A stretch of 64,000 nucleotides of DNA, taken from assembly GCA_964016885.1 (NCBI GenBank), contig OZ024744.1, forward strand, positions 64,852,001 to 64,916,000. Direction: 5' to 3'. Positions 11,981 through 24,337 of this stretch are shown here, piece after piece (the stretch's first letter is position 1; each line of letters begins with the position of its first letter). Under the pieces are notes generated by a model that was not told the DNA's origin, did not search any database, and saw only the letters and a program-made list of their open reading frames with translations. This DNA is from Eledone cirrhosa. Its lineage: Eukaryota. A program made the position numbers and the translations under genes.

Positions 11981-13099
11981 TCATCATCATCATCGTTTAA
12001 CGTCCATATTCCATCTGATCCCTCTTATTTCTAATTTCTCCCTTAGTTCGTTTATGCTTTGCCGTTCACGTATATTACTATTACACATCCAGCGGAGCAT
12101 GCAAGCTTCATTTCTCTCCAGTCTGCGTATATCCTCTGCACACAATGCCCAGGTCTCACTGCCATGTAACATTATATATATATATACATTATATACATTA
12201 AATAGCTCTGTATATATATACAATAGCTCTGTATATATACATTAAATAGCTCTGTATATATATATATATATACAATATTAAATAGCTCTGTGTATATATA
12301 TATATATACAGTATATACATTAAATAGCTCTGTATTATACATAGAGCACTCTTCTTTCCTTTACCTTTTCTATGGAAACACTCAACACACATACATATAT
12401 ATCCTATATACTATATATTTGAGAGTTTATGCATCTATGTACATGTGTATGCAGAGAAAAGGCTCCGAAATGGTGTGGTCAAGAGATAAAAGTATTTGAT
12501 TTTCGACATCTGTGTCCCAAGAAGAATGTTTTTGGTTATCAGTGATAGAAAATATATAATTTACTAAGAGAAATAACTGAACTTCAAGATCTCCAAAATT
12601 GAATGTCTTTAGAAGCCACTATAATTTCTATTAACAAAAATACCCATTAATACGTGAAAAATGACAGATAGCCAATCAGATTAGTGAATGGTTTTTTCAT
12701 CATCTGTCGAAATGCACTTTCCTTCTGTCCATCTTTCGATTTTGTATTATTAATGTGTGTATGATTGGCAGTATTAGTAGAGGGTCTGACGCCATGCTTT
12801 GTATCAAAGAGTTATGGCCCTTTATGGTCTGAGTTCAAATCCCGTCAAAGTTAACTTTGCCTTTCATCCTTATGGGATTGATAAAATAAAGTACCAGTAA
12901 TACACTGGGATAATTGCTGGCCTTGTGCCAAAAGTAGAAACAATTATTAATGTGTGTATGACTTTTCGGCATAGTGGCTATGGTATTTGGCTCATGATTG
13001 TAAAGTTGTGAGTTTGATTCCCAGTGGCACATTGTGTCTTTGAGCACAATACTTTATTTTGTGTTGTCCAGTCCATAAAAAAACTAATTGAAAGGTATT

Positions 13100-14277
13100 C
13101 TATGGTGAAAATTACCCAGCAACTACGGGCTACCAGAACTGATGAAATCTGAGCTTGTTTGAAAAATTTGACACTTTGGAGTTCAATCAAAGTTTTCAAG
13201 TTCTCTACTAACATGAGGGTATATCTTGATGGAGACGAACAGGCAGGGGAGTTCACACAAAATCTCATAATTCTTGGAGGCGGAAGACTTTCTGTAGATA
13301 GCAAGGAAGCTACTGATATACGTCCCATAGGCATGATGGGTCGAATCTCATAGAAAAAGTGTTCCCTAATATTGAGGATCTGTTTAAAGTCATAAGCAAT
13401 TCAGTGAAAGGGCTATATCGGCTCCGAAAAATGTGACAGTGAAATTGATAAAGCAATACCTGTTATAAAGAATTCTAAAGAGTTAAGGAACTCTGTCAGA
13501 TAATTACCCAACAGAGTTCCTTAACTCTTTAGAATCATCAGGAATGTCCCCGCATGTCCTTGACCTTAAAGAAGGAACACCCATCATGTTATTGAGGAAT
13601 TCGGACCCATCTAGGCTATGCAATGGCACTCGATTGGTTGTGAAAAAAAAATGTATCCACATATCATTCAAGGATATGATAAAGCAAAGGATGTGTTCAT
13701 TCCAAGAATTCCTCTGATCTCCACTGATGTTCCATTTAAATTCAAATGACTTCAATTTCCAGTGAGTCTCAGTTTTGCCATGATCATCAACAAGTTGCAG
13801 TTGCTGGTTTAGAGCTTGAAGAGCCCTGCTTTACCCATTGTCAGCTTTATGTTTGATGATGAAGAGTAGGAAATATGAAAAATATTTACATTTATGTACC
13901 AAATGGAAAAACGAAAAAAAAACAAAACATTTTAATAAAAAAAACAGTTTATCAAGAAGTGATAAATTGCTCCAAATAATGCAGAAATTTGTTCTGATCA
14001 AGAGGCATATCCATCGAAGAAGACTTTACTGAAGAAAGAAGAAAGAAAAAGTAAAGAATTCCTTTCGTATATAGATCTTGCATTCCTAATTATATTTGTT
14101 TTTTCTTAAAGAGCTTTATTTATGCCATGTTCTTCAAAATAATGTCAGTTTTGGTGAAATTTGCATCCCGATAAGTAACGGGAGCTGAGACATGGTCTGA
14201 CATGGAATAAAAAAAAATATTGGAAGACAGGCATTCAATGGTGAAAATAGTCTAGCAACAATGGGCTACTCTGCTAG
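13100..14277 (+). mobile_element. Helitron 3' part with a degraded Pif1-family helicase
   Basis: LWSSIKVFKFSTNMRV, AISAPKN, NYPTEFLNSL..LDLKEGTPIMLLRN..LCNGTRLVVK, VFIPRIPLIST..LQFPVSLSFAM. Ends in a degenerate hairpin plus CTAG|T at 14274-14278. Confidence 0.85.
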
Positions 14278-17200
14278 TATATATATATATATAATTTTTT
14301 AAATTTCTTTTGCAAGATTTCTTATCTGAAAACGTGTGTTGAAATAACATCATCATCATCGTCATCATCATCATTGTTTGACGTCCATCTTCCATGCTAG
14401 CATGGGTTAGGCAAGTTTGTCCCATTTAGAAGCAAGTTGGGTCGGGTGACCGTGTTTCACTCATATAGGACAATTTCTGACTGGTTTTCTATGGCTGGAT
14501 GCCCTTCCTAGCGCCAACCACATTTAAAGTGTGTATTGGGTGCGTTTTACCGTGTCTTTTACACGACCACTTTACAGAGTGGGCTGGGTGCTTTTTGTCA
14601 TGACAACTACACAACCACTTGTAGAATGGGCTGGTACCAATGTAACACACACACACTAGCATGGGTTAGACGGGTTGTCCTGTTGTGGGAAATGCTAGGT
14701 CAGGTTTTATCAACTGTGAAAGGAAGAAAGGTAAAGTTGACTTCAGCAGGATTTGAACTGAAAGTGCAGTGAGCTGAAACAAACACCACAAAGCATTCTA
14801 TGTAACATTCTAAGGATATTGCCAAACAGCTACCTATGAGGGTTGAAATTCTTCAGTTTCCTACAAAGCTTTCCATGTTTCTCTTTTTGTTTAACTCTAG
14901 TCAGTCCTGACAAAGCAGGCATGTGATCATGACTGTTCTAATGTTTTATATATATCTAAAATATTATTGTCCAATGGTAACGAATGGTAGAGTGTGTTTT
15001 TAGGGGGATTTGGCTGCTATTTGCAGACAGAGCAGTGACCACATAGAATTTAGTTTGTCCATGTCAGACTTATAGATATTGGGTGTTGTTCGTAAATTCA
15101 GCATTATATTTTGGTTGCTAGAGAAGAGAAACTCATGAAACTTTTTAAGTGCCCATTTTTTTCTCTATATTATTAGGTTGGCAATCTTTTATCTTCAAGT
15201 AATAATTGTTTCTATTTTTGGCACAAGACCAGCAATTACCTCAGTGCATTACTGGTGCTTAATTTTATCTACCCCGTAGGGATGAAAGGCAAAGTTAACC
15301 TCAGCGAGATTTGAACTCAGACCGTAAAGAGGCGTAACTCTATGCTACAAAGAATGGCGTCCGACCCTATACTGATACTGCTAATCCACCTGCCATTATT
15401 ATCTTCAAATAATAATTGTTTCTTCTTTGGGACAGGGCCAGCAATTACCCAAGTGCATTACTGATATTTTATTTTATCAACCCTGTAAGGATGACCTTGG
15501 CAGGATTTTAACTTAGAAAGTAAAGGGCCATAACTCTATGTTGCAAAGCCTGTTGTCTGACAGCTTCTCTTCTAAGAATCTTATATGAGATTTTTGGCAT
15601 GGTATAGATCGAAACCTTTGCAATTAATAATCTATTTGATACCAGATTGTCTGAAACTGTCTCTGGTTCTACAATACAAAACTGTTTATTTTAAAGTTTT
15701 TATATTTATCTAAGATTCTTCCAACATAATTTTATGCAAGGACCTTTGTTAATCTATGCTCCAAATATCAGCTTAAAGTTAATTATTTTTAGCTATTTTA
15801 CTAAATTTCTTCAAAAACTTGATTTGAAAATATTTCATTAAAAATATGGTAATGAAAGGGTTAAAACCCAACTTTACTGTGGAGTAGCAGCATCTGTACC
15901 ATAAATCTCTCTTGTGGTTCTTCTGATTCAGTTTCCAGGATCCTTTTACTCTACTACTATTCAGAACAAGGCTAGAATGCTTCATTTGTTCTCATTCCAG
16001 TTTCAGGAATAAGTTTTGGAAACTCGTTTTGTTGAAATTGTTGCAGATATTCAATATTACATTTGTTCATTACTTTTTAGGGCAGTGAATTATCAGTATC
16101 GGTAGTGCGTTGGATAACATGCTTAGTGGCGTAGAGTTACGGCCCTTTACGTTCTGAGTTTAAATCTTGCCGAGGTTAGCTTTGTCTTTCATTCTTACAA
16201 GGTCAATAAAATAATGTACTAGTCACGCACTGGGGTTTATTTAATAAACTTCCCTCTCCCCCAAAATTGCTGGCCTTGTGCCTTAATCAGAAAGCATTAG
16301 CAAAGAGTTATGGCCCTTAATGGTCTGAGTTCAAATCCCGCTGAGGTTAACTTTGCCCTTCATCCTTACGGGGTCGATAAAATAAAGTACCAGTAATGCA
16401 CTGGGTAATTGCTGGCCTTGTGCCAAAAATAGAAACGATTATTTTTCAGTCACATTCAATAGGATTTCACTGAAAACATCTGTATTAACTTCTTCATAAT
16501 TTAATAAATTTAAAAGCTCAATTGATATCTTGTTATTATATGAATAATATTGTGATATTTTAGTGTTTAACCCTTTAGCATTTACATTACTTTATATATA
16601 CTATTATATTTACTGTGGATTGGCAGTATCGGTAGAGGGTCGGACGTCATGCTTTGACGCATAGAATTACGGTCCTTTCCATTCTGAGTTCAAATCCCGC
16701 CGAGGTCAACTTTGCCTTTCATCCTTACAGGGTCGATAAAATAAAGTACCAGTAATGCACTGGGTAATTGCTGGCCTTGTGCCAAAAGTAGAAACAATTA
16801 TATTTACTATTATATTTTCATGGTAAAGACTTTACGTCCCATAATTATCTCCCATGATATCGAATCTCTGAGACTTTGATATTATTTATGTTAAGAACAA
16901 TACCTTAATATCAGTATGAGTAGCCGGTTACAGTTGGCTTGAACAGAATGAGGTGGCTGGATATAGCCGGTTTAAATGCTAAAGGGTTAAATAGTGCTTA
17001 TATATAAGAAATTTTGGTTGTTGTTTTCTAAACATTGCACTAACATAATAGGTCTGTATTTCTAATGAAATACACTGCCTATGGAATGGTTCAATCAATT
17101 TTTAAAATAACCAAAAATTTGGAGTAATTCAATAAATTAAGTTTTTCATTAGTAAGCTGATATTAGAACATTAACAAAAATTTCTAAAATAAAATTTTTT

Positions 17201-17629
17201 AAATGACCAGTTTTTATATCATAAATCTAGAGCAGTTTCAGGCCGTCTGGCATCAAAAGGATCAAAGATACTTTACGGAAATCATTTCAAAATTCTTTAT
17301 TAACAACATTTATATCTAGTTATTTCATGTAAGAATTTGTGACTAAGTTGTATTCCAAATATTACCTTAACAACCAATACCCATAAATTAAAAAAATTTA
17401 TCATTTAGTTAGCTATGACCCTTTTCTGGGTCCTCCAAGAATGGTGTGAAAGAAGGAGGAAGTTATCCTGAAACTGGAGACTTGGCTCAAATGTTTGTAA
17501 CAATGTGGATTCTAGTAAAGGTACCTAAGTGTTTGCTAGATTTTGGTGTTAAACTGGAAGAGGGATTAATTCTACCATCTAAGACATATTTGTATTGTTT
17601 AGTGAGGGAGAGAAAAATATTATTTAGAG

Positions 17630-17932
17630 CAGGGGTGTGCGACAGGCAGCCCGTGGGCCACAATCCAGCCCGCCAGAGCAGTCAGAGTGGACCGCGATGA
17701 ATGTTTTTAATTTTTACCTTGTAGGCTTATTTAGAATTGTTTTTGTAATACAATTTTCTGTTAGTTGACCTATACTAAAGAGCTTCACTGATAGTTATGT
17801 GTGTTATAATTTCCAAGTTTCATGTTATGGAAAGAAGTTATGGTGAATCTTTGGAATAGTGCTTAATGGCCCTAATAGTTGTTCCAATGTTCAAAAGTGG
17901 CCCGCCAATGGAATATGTTGCAGATCTATAGC
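17630..17932. mobile_element. hAT (Charlie-like) MITE
   Basis: Left end CAGGGGTGTGCGAC..GCCCGTGGGCCACAATCCAGCCCGCC. Right subterminal GTGGCCCGCC; right TIR degenerate. Confidence 0.6.
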
Positions 17933-18119
17933 TCTCTCCAGAGACGTGGTCCAAATTCTTACAACAGTGTGGGCGCTAGGATTCTAGTAAAGGTACATAA
18001 AGGTTTGCCAGGTGGTGGGGTTAAACTGGAAGAGGGATTAACACCACCGCCTAAGACATATTTGTACTGTTTAATTAGGGAGAGAAGGGTATTATCTATA
18101 GCCCTCTCCAGAGACCTGG

Positions 18120-18675
18120 CCACCCACCCAACCATCTCCATATTCACTGCCCCTCTCATACCCACTCAACCAACCACCCAACCATCCCCATATTCACTGC
18201 CCCTCTCATACTCACCCAGCCAACTACCCAACCATCCCCATATTCACTGCCCCTCTCATACTCACCCAACCATCCACCCAACCATCCCCATATTCACTGC
18301 CCCTCTCATACTCACTCAACCAACCACCCAACCATCCCTATATTCACTGCCCCTCTCATACCCACCCAACTAACCACCCAACCATCCCCATATTCACTGC
18401 CCCTCTCATACCGACCCAACCAACCACCCAACCATCCCCATATTCACTGCCCCTCTCATACTCACCCAGTTCTATATTCACTATTCTCTCATACTCACCT
18501 AACCATTCAACCACCCACCCACCCAACTGCCCACCCACTTCTATATTCACTGCCCCTCTCATACTCACCCAACCACCCAACCACCCAACCATCCAACCCT
18601 ACTCTTATATTCACTGTCCTTGTCATACCTGACCATCCACCCACCCCTATATTCATTCCCCCTCTCATACTCATC
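18120..18675. repeat. C-rich minisatellite, ~56-64 bp unit, about 9-10 copies
   Basis: Unit ACCACCCAACCATCCCCATATTCACTGCCCCTCTCATACTCACC. Confidence 0.95.
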
Positions 18676-18683
18676 CATATATA

Positions 18684-19065
18684 TCATCATCATCATCATC
18701 ATTTCAATTTTACGTCCGCTTTTTCCCTGCTTGCAAGGGTGGGACGGGAACTGATTCTGGCTTGATTTCTACAGCTGGATGCCCTTCCTAACACCAACCT
18801 CATTTACAGTGTGGGCTGTGTGCTTTTTTGCCATGGCGCCTCCACGTCCACTTTGCAGTGTGGGCTGGGTGCTTTTTTGCCGTGGCACCTCCACGACCAC
18901 TTTGCAGTGTGGGCTGGGTGCTTTTTTGCCGTGGCACCTCCACGACCACTTTGCAGTGGAATGATATGGACCCCAGTCCCTATCATCTCATTTCTACAGC
19001 TGAGTAAACTGGAGCAATTTGAAATAAAGTGTCTTGCTCAAGGAAACAACACATCACCCGGTCCA
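18684..19065 (-). mobile_element. SINE family C with RTE-derived 3' end and internal ~41-49 bp tandem units. Related copies: ~6310-6485, 14350-14690, 26700-26910, 29940-30275, 58325-58620, 59365-59715, 62900-63130
   Basis: AAAAGCACCCAGCCCACACTGCAAAGTGG repeats, GGTGTTAGGAAGGGCATCCAGC, and 3' end GCGGACGTAAAA(TGA)n. Confidence 0.75.
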
Positions 19066-19880
19066 ACAGGATATATATAAAAGACAGATGCTTATATAGA
19101 AAAGGCTTCTACAGGACTAGGACTGTTTCATTCATATGAAATCATATGTAAATTCACCTGTATGATGGTAGTAGTGGTGCTACATTAAAATGCACACACT
19201 ACACTGTGTAAACTTATTTGGTGATAGTAAGGGCATTAAGCTGTAGAAATCATGCCAGATGGGTTTGAAATGTATGAACATAGCAAGGTCTTCAGACCCT
19301 GCCTAATCTCAGACCGTGTCATGTCTAACCCATGGAAAAAAAATCAACATACAATGATAAATGTTTCTACATTTTGACACAAGGCCAGCAATTATCCCAG
19401 TGCATTACTGGTGCTTTATTTTTTCGACTCCATACGAATGAAAGGCAAAGTTAACCTCGGTGGGGTTTGAATTCAGAATGTAAAGAGCCATAACTCTATG
19501 CTGCAAAGCATGGCATCCGACCTTCTACCGATAATGCCAATCTACCATCTAGGCTAGTAATTTTGAGGGATGAGGAAATCAATTAAATCAACCCAGTGCA
19601 TTACTGGTATTTATTTTATCGACATCGTAAAGGATGAAAGGCAAAGTTAACCTCGGCAGGATTTGAACACAGACGTAAAGAGCCATAACTCTATGCTACA
19701 AAGCATGGCGTCTGATGCTCTACAGATACTGCCAATCTACCGCCCATAAAATGATAATGATGATAATGATGGCGATGATGATGGTGTGTGTGCACATACA
19801 GCCACATGCGTAATCCCAGAAATATTTATATCAGGGATTGCATAGATTTCTTTCAACTTCCTGTGAAAAATCTTTTGCAG

Positions 19881-19944
19881 CTTCCAGTATTGATACCACA
19901 TATGAAGATGTCTGCCTCATATTTACTATTGTTGTTGTTGTTGA
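19881..19944 (+). other. Candidate 64-nt host exon, possibly encoding a start codon and signal peptide
   Basis: Acceptor TCTTTTGCAG, donor GA|GTATGT. Frame LPVLIPHMKMSASYLLLLLLL; the Leu run is a (TTG)n tract and may be coincidental. Confidence 0.25.
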
Positions 19945-20277
19945 GTATGTTTCCTTTCTGATAAACAAATTAGTTTTGGTAAAAATAAAAGAGTTAGATC
20001 TGATTGATATTTTGGTACACATGAACTGAGTTTTTGATAGCTCTACCTACTTCAATACTCTCTCTCTCTTTCTCTCTCTTTCTCTCTCTTTCTCTCTCTT
20101 TCTCTCTCTCTTCGCCTCTCCAATACTCTCTCTCTCTTTCTCTCTCTTTCTCTCTCTTTCTCTCTCTTTCTCTCTCTCTTCGCCTCTCCATTTCTCTCGC
20201 TCACACACACATGCACACACATTATGCAGACAAACTTAATAAAAAATTAGTTTGAAGCATAAATATATTTTAAATGA

Positions 20278-20313
<36 letters not shown>

Positions 20314-20495
20314 CACTCCTGATAATTTCATATGAATGAAACAGTTCTAGTCCTGTAGAAGCCTTTTCTATATAAACTTCTGTCTTTTATATATATATAT
20401 ATATACAGTTAAGTTATTCCGGGTTGAATTGGAGGTAACCACAGTAAGTAAGGTGCTCAATACATAGCAGAGTATAAAAGTTTTAATATAGATGA

Positions 20496-20544
20496 GATTC
20501 TACAGGACTAGAACTGTTTCATCCTTTAGAAATCATCAGGAATC
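20496..20544 (-). ncRNA. Minimal type I hammerhead ribozyme. Decayed copies at ~20316-20361(+; core CTGATAA) and ~19105-19146(-)
   Basis: Minus strand reads GATTC-CTGATGA-tTTC taaa GGAt-GAAA-CAG ttctagtc CTG-TA-GAATC. GUA triplet; helix I GATTC/GAATC. Confidence 0.8.
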
Positions 20545-20735
20545 TGGCTGTCCAAAATAAATGGTGTGGTATTTATATCTTTTCAGGTGGTAGGAGAGGG
20601 TGGGGAGTGAGATGGGTGGAGGTCATTGGTTGAAAGAAAAGGGAATTCATTAAAAGCTAATTCTTTAAGCCTATAATTTATATTTAGAGTGACAAAGGCA
20701 GAAAGAATTCTATAAACAAGTTCAAAATGGGGTGC

Positions 20736-21454
20736 CACTCCTTATTTTTAAGTTTCTCTTAAGCTAACAATGCCTATATTTCAGGTGTCTATAAGATGGT
20801 TGGGAGTCGGTCATGGTTGATGGATTTAAAGAAAAGGGAAATTCTTTAAAAGCTAATTCTTTAAAGCTCTACTTAGAGTGACAAAGGCCAAGAGAATTTT
20901 ATAAACCAGTTCAAATATTGGGTGCCTATCATTAATGATAGGCAGTTCAAATTATTGTTCTACTTTTGGCACAAGGTCAGCAATTACCCAGTGTATTACT
21001 GGTACTTTATTTTATCGACCCCCCCCCCATAAGGATGAAAGGCAAAGTTAACCTCGGCAGTTCAAATAATTGTTTCTATTTTAGGCACAAGGCCAGCAAT
21101 TACCCAGTACATTACTGGTACTTTATTTTATCGACCCCGTAAGGATGAAAGGCAAAGTTAACCTCGGCGGGATTTGAACTCAGATCATAAAGGGACGTAA
21201 CTCTATGCTTCAAAGCATGGTGTCTGACTCTCTACTGGTACTGCCAACCTATCATTAATGATAGGCACCCAATATTTGAACTGGTTTATAAAATTCTCTT
21301 GGCCTTTGTCACTCTAAGTAGAGCTTTAAAGAATTAGCTTTTAAAGAATTTCCCTTTTCTTTAAATCCATCAACCATGACCGACTCCCAACCATCTTATA
21401 GACACCTGAAATATAGGCATTGTTAGCTTAAGAGAAACTTAAAAATAAGGAGTG
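20736..21454. repeat. ~207-bp-arm inverted repeat with SINE A sequence inserted at the apex
   Basis: 20736-20944 is the reverse complement of 21248-21454. The self-palindromic CCTATCATTAATGATAGG occurs on both sides of the SINE insert. Confidence 0.9.
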
Positions 21455-21897
21455 AAACTAGTTCAGAAGATCCCGTTAAGGGTGAAAGCAGCGATTCTTT
21501 GCTTAAACTTTAATCTGTTATTTTAATAAATATATATATATATATATATAGTATGGTGTTAAGAAGTTATTGGATTTTTTGTAATTTAAAGGTTTTTTTT
21601 AGGAACTTTTATTGTTTTTGTAGGTTTTGCTGTTGAAGAGCTCAGGGTATCATAACTGATAGTCCTCAGCGAAATATGTGTAACAGTGTTTTTAATAAAC
21701 CTGAATTAACTGAATATGGCCTCATATCTTTTATTGATATATATATATATATATTTTTTTTTTCAATGTTGTCTACCCTTGGTGGTAGGGTCCGTACCGT
21801 AGATAGAACTCAATGTAATCTGATGGCAAGTAATCCAGTGAAATCCATAGAAAGGTTCTGTGTTCTGCTGAGTTAATTCCTTAGATACAGAGTCTGA

Positions 21898-22243
21898 TAT
21901 TAGGTATTAAATTAACAATGAAAATAATAACAACAAAGTCAAGTTATTTTACCTATTCATATCATTGTTTTAAGATCGTTTTGTGGGGTTGATCATATTG
22001 ACATGTTGTCTGATCTATAGCAGTTATATAACTGTATACTATTAGACTTTATATATAGGCTCGGAAGACGGTCTGATCGAACCTATATATAAAGTCTGAT
22101 AGTATACAGTTATATAACTGCTATAGATCAGACAACATGTCAATATGATCAACCCCACAAAACGATCTTAAAACAATGATATGAATAGGTAAAATAACTT
22201 GACTTTGTTGTTATTATTTTCATTGTTAAATTAATACCTAATA
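21898..22243. repeat. ~345-bp near-perfect palindrome (arms ~165 bp, short loop)
   Basis: Arms 21898-22063 and 22078-22243 differ at only a few positions; followed by (TA)n. Confidence 0.95.
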
Positions 22244-22398
22244 TATATATATATTAAAGTGTTAAACGATATTCAATGATTACGTCAAAGAATGAGTTTT
22301 ACAGTAGATTGGAAGCACTCTACGGTAAAATAATTTTCCGGAGTTATTAATATTAAAATATAAATATTAATAAAATAGATGTTTTTTTGATCAATTAC

Positions 22399-22451
22399 AT
22401 TTTATTATACATATTTCGGATGTACAACAGTACGTCCTCATCAGACAAAAT
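22399..22451 (-). ncRNA. Minimal type I hammerhead in the left arm of palindrome 22351-22633; the mirror copy 22533-22585(+) has GAAA>AAAA
   Basis: Minus strand reads ATTTTGT-CTGATGA-GGAcGTAC tgtt GTACaTCC-GAAA-TATGTAT-A-ATAAAAT. Helix III is palindromic. Confidence 0.85.
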
Positions 22452-22876
22452 ATAATGATACATGACATACCCTGAGATGTTAAATGGTTAAGATTAAATC
22501 TTAACATCTCAGGGTATGTCATGTATCATTATATTTTGTCTGATGAGGACGTACTGTTGTACATCCAAAATATGTATAATAAAATTTAATTGATCAAAAG
22601 AACATCTATTTTATTAATATTTATATTTTAATATATATATATATATATATACTGGGACATGTTGAGTTTCTGAACACCTACCAATTTGATGAAAAAGCAC
22701 ATCTATGAACTTCATCAATCAAAATGAAGGTTGACTTGAATTTATCTGGATTAGATATACTCAGCGCCAATAAAGCCATGCAGTATCAAAATTTTGTGAA
22801 ACTTCGTAAAAAAATTGAAATCTTATTTTCAGTCAGCCACTTCGCAGAAACATATGTCGCGATAAATAACTATAAA

Positions 22877-24337
22877 CTAGCAGGCCCGTCCGGCTGGCGC
22901 TCAGCTAGGTGTACCAATATTTTATCTTTTCAGGATTCTCCTCTCTACTCCAGTGCAAAGATACCGCACGCCCTCTCTAGTCAGTTAGGGGGGGGGGTTA
23001 ACGTGCTCTGATGTTGGGTTTGAATAGTTTTTAGGATTCCCCAGTTCAGCAGCCAGTACGATAAAAAAAAATTGATAAAGGCTGAACAGAGAACACATTT
23101 TTTAACAAACTTTACAATAATTTGTACAACCTTAATGGAAATTCCAAGTAACAGAAAATACATAAATTACATTGTTAGAGCCTCAGAGTATACATTATTT
23201 TTGGTTCGGCCCTCGGGAGCAAAGATGAAGAGATTGTTTGGCGAGGTCACCCTAGAGCATCCTACATACAATTGACCATGGGAGAAGCATGGTTTTCCCA
23301 GATGAAGGCCAGCCACTTTTATGGTTTGACCCTGAGCGTTGTTGATGGTAATCACGAAGCTTAGTCTCTCTGTTGCTCTAGTAACATTTTTCTTCTGGAA
23401 AATCTGATCTTGCGGCCAGGGTGGGACTTTTTGGGTGGCATATCGGCAGTAACAATGACGATAAGCTGTCTGTGCTTTCGTGAAATAAATATGTTTGTTT
23501 ATATTTTGTTATTCTGTATGCAAAAATATCTGTACACGAATATATAATTGTATATATATATATTAAAATAACAGATTAAAGTTTAAGCAAAGAATCGCTG
23601 TTTTCACCCTTAACGGAATCTTCTGAAACTAAAATAATCAATCTGTGAATGCAGAAGTAAATATTTTGAAAAACATTACAACTGAAGGAAAACAGGAAGA
23701 CGATTCTTTGATTCATGAAGACGTTTCCTGGCAATGAACGGAAAAAAGCGAAGATAATACGTCAGCAATGAGAACAATATTTGCTCTAGGGTTCTTATAT
23801 ATTTGATATATATTTATCCTTATTGAGCCCTCTTTGGATTTTAGTCTTCACATTTATTATTATTACTAATTATCTATGTGTATATATATATAATTAATTA
23901 TTGTGAGGGCGTACGGTATCTTTGCACTGAATTAATTAAAAGTTGGTTAGAAGCAAAGTCAATGCAGACAGGCAGACAGACAGATATTATAAGCGTGCAA
24001 CGTTATAGCTATGTATCTAATGCAGACAGCCAGACATACAGAGACATATTATAAGGGCGTGACGTTATAGCTATGTATCCATCTAAAAAGACAGACTAAG
24101 AAAGAGAGAGGAATGTCATATAACCAGAAGTGTTGACATTTGAAAATTTTAAAGAAGTGAATATTTAAATAAACGATAAAATATCTTTAATCTTTTAACT
24201 AAATTTAGTAGACAAAAATACCCTCACTTTCTTACTTGGAAAAAGTTACAGCTATGGTGCAAATTTGGTGCTGTTTGGTCCAGCCGTTTGGCGAAAGGTC
24301 TGTTACATACATACGGCCGTCAGCTTTATAATATAGA
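22877..24337 (-). mobile_element. Non-autonomous Helitron with both termini, a Pif1 helicase C-terminal remnant and a nested hammerhead-bearing insertion (~23560-23880)
   Basis: 5' end A|TCTATATTATAAAGCTG at 24337. 3' GC-rich hairpin plus CTAG|T at 22877. ORF 23167..23355 reads TINNAQGQT..CFSHGQLYVGCSRV..TKNNVYSEAL (helicase motifs V and VI). Confidence 0.8.

Noticed and set aside
21629-21687. Hammerhead-like motif CTGT-TGAAGA..GAAA-TATGTGT-A-ACAG as an active ribozyme
   Set aside because: Core C3 is missing; counted only as a degenerate member of the ribozyme field.
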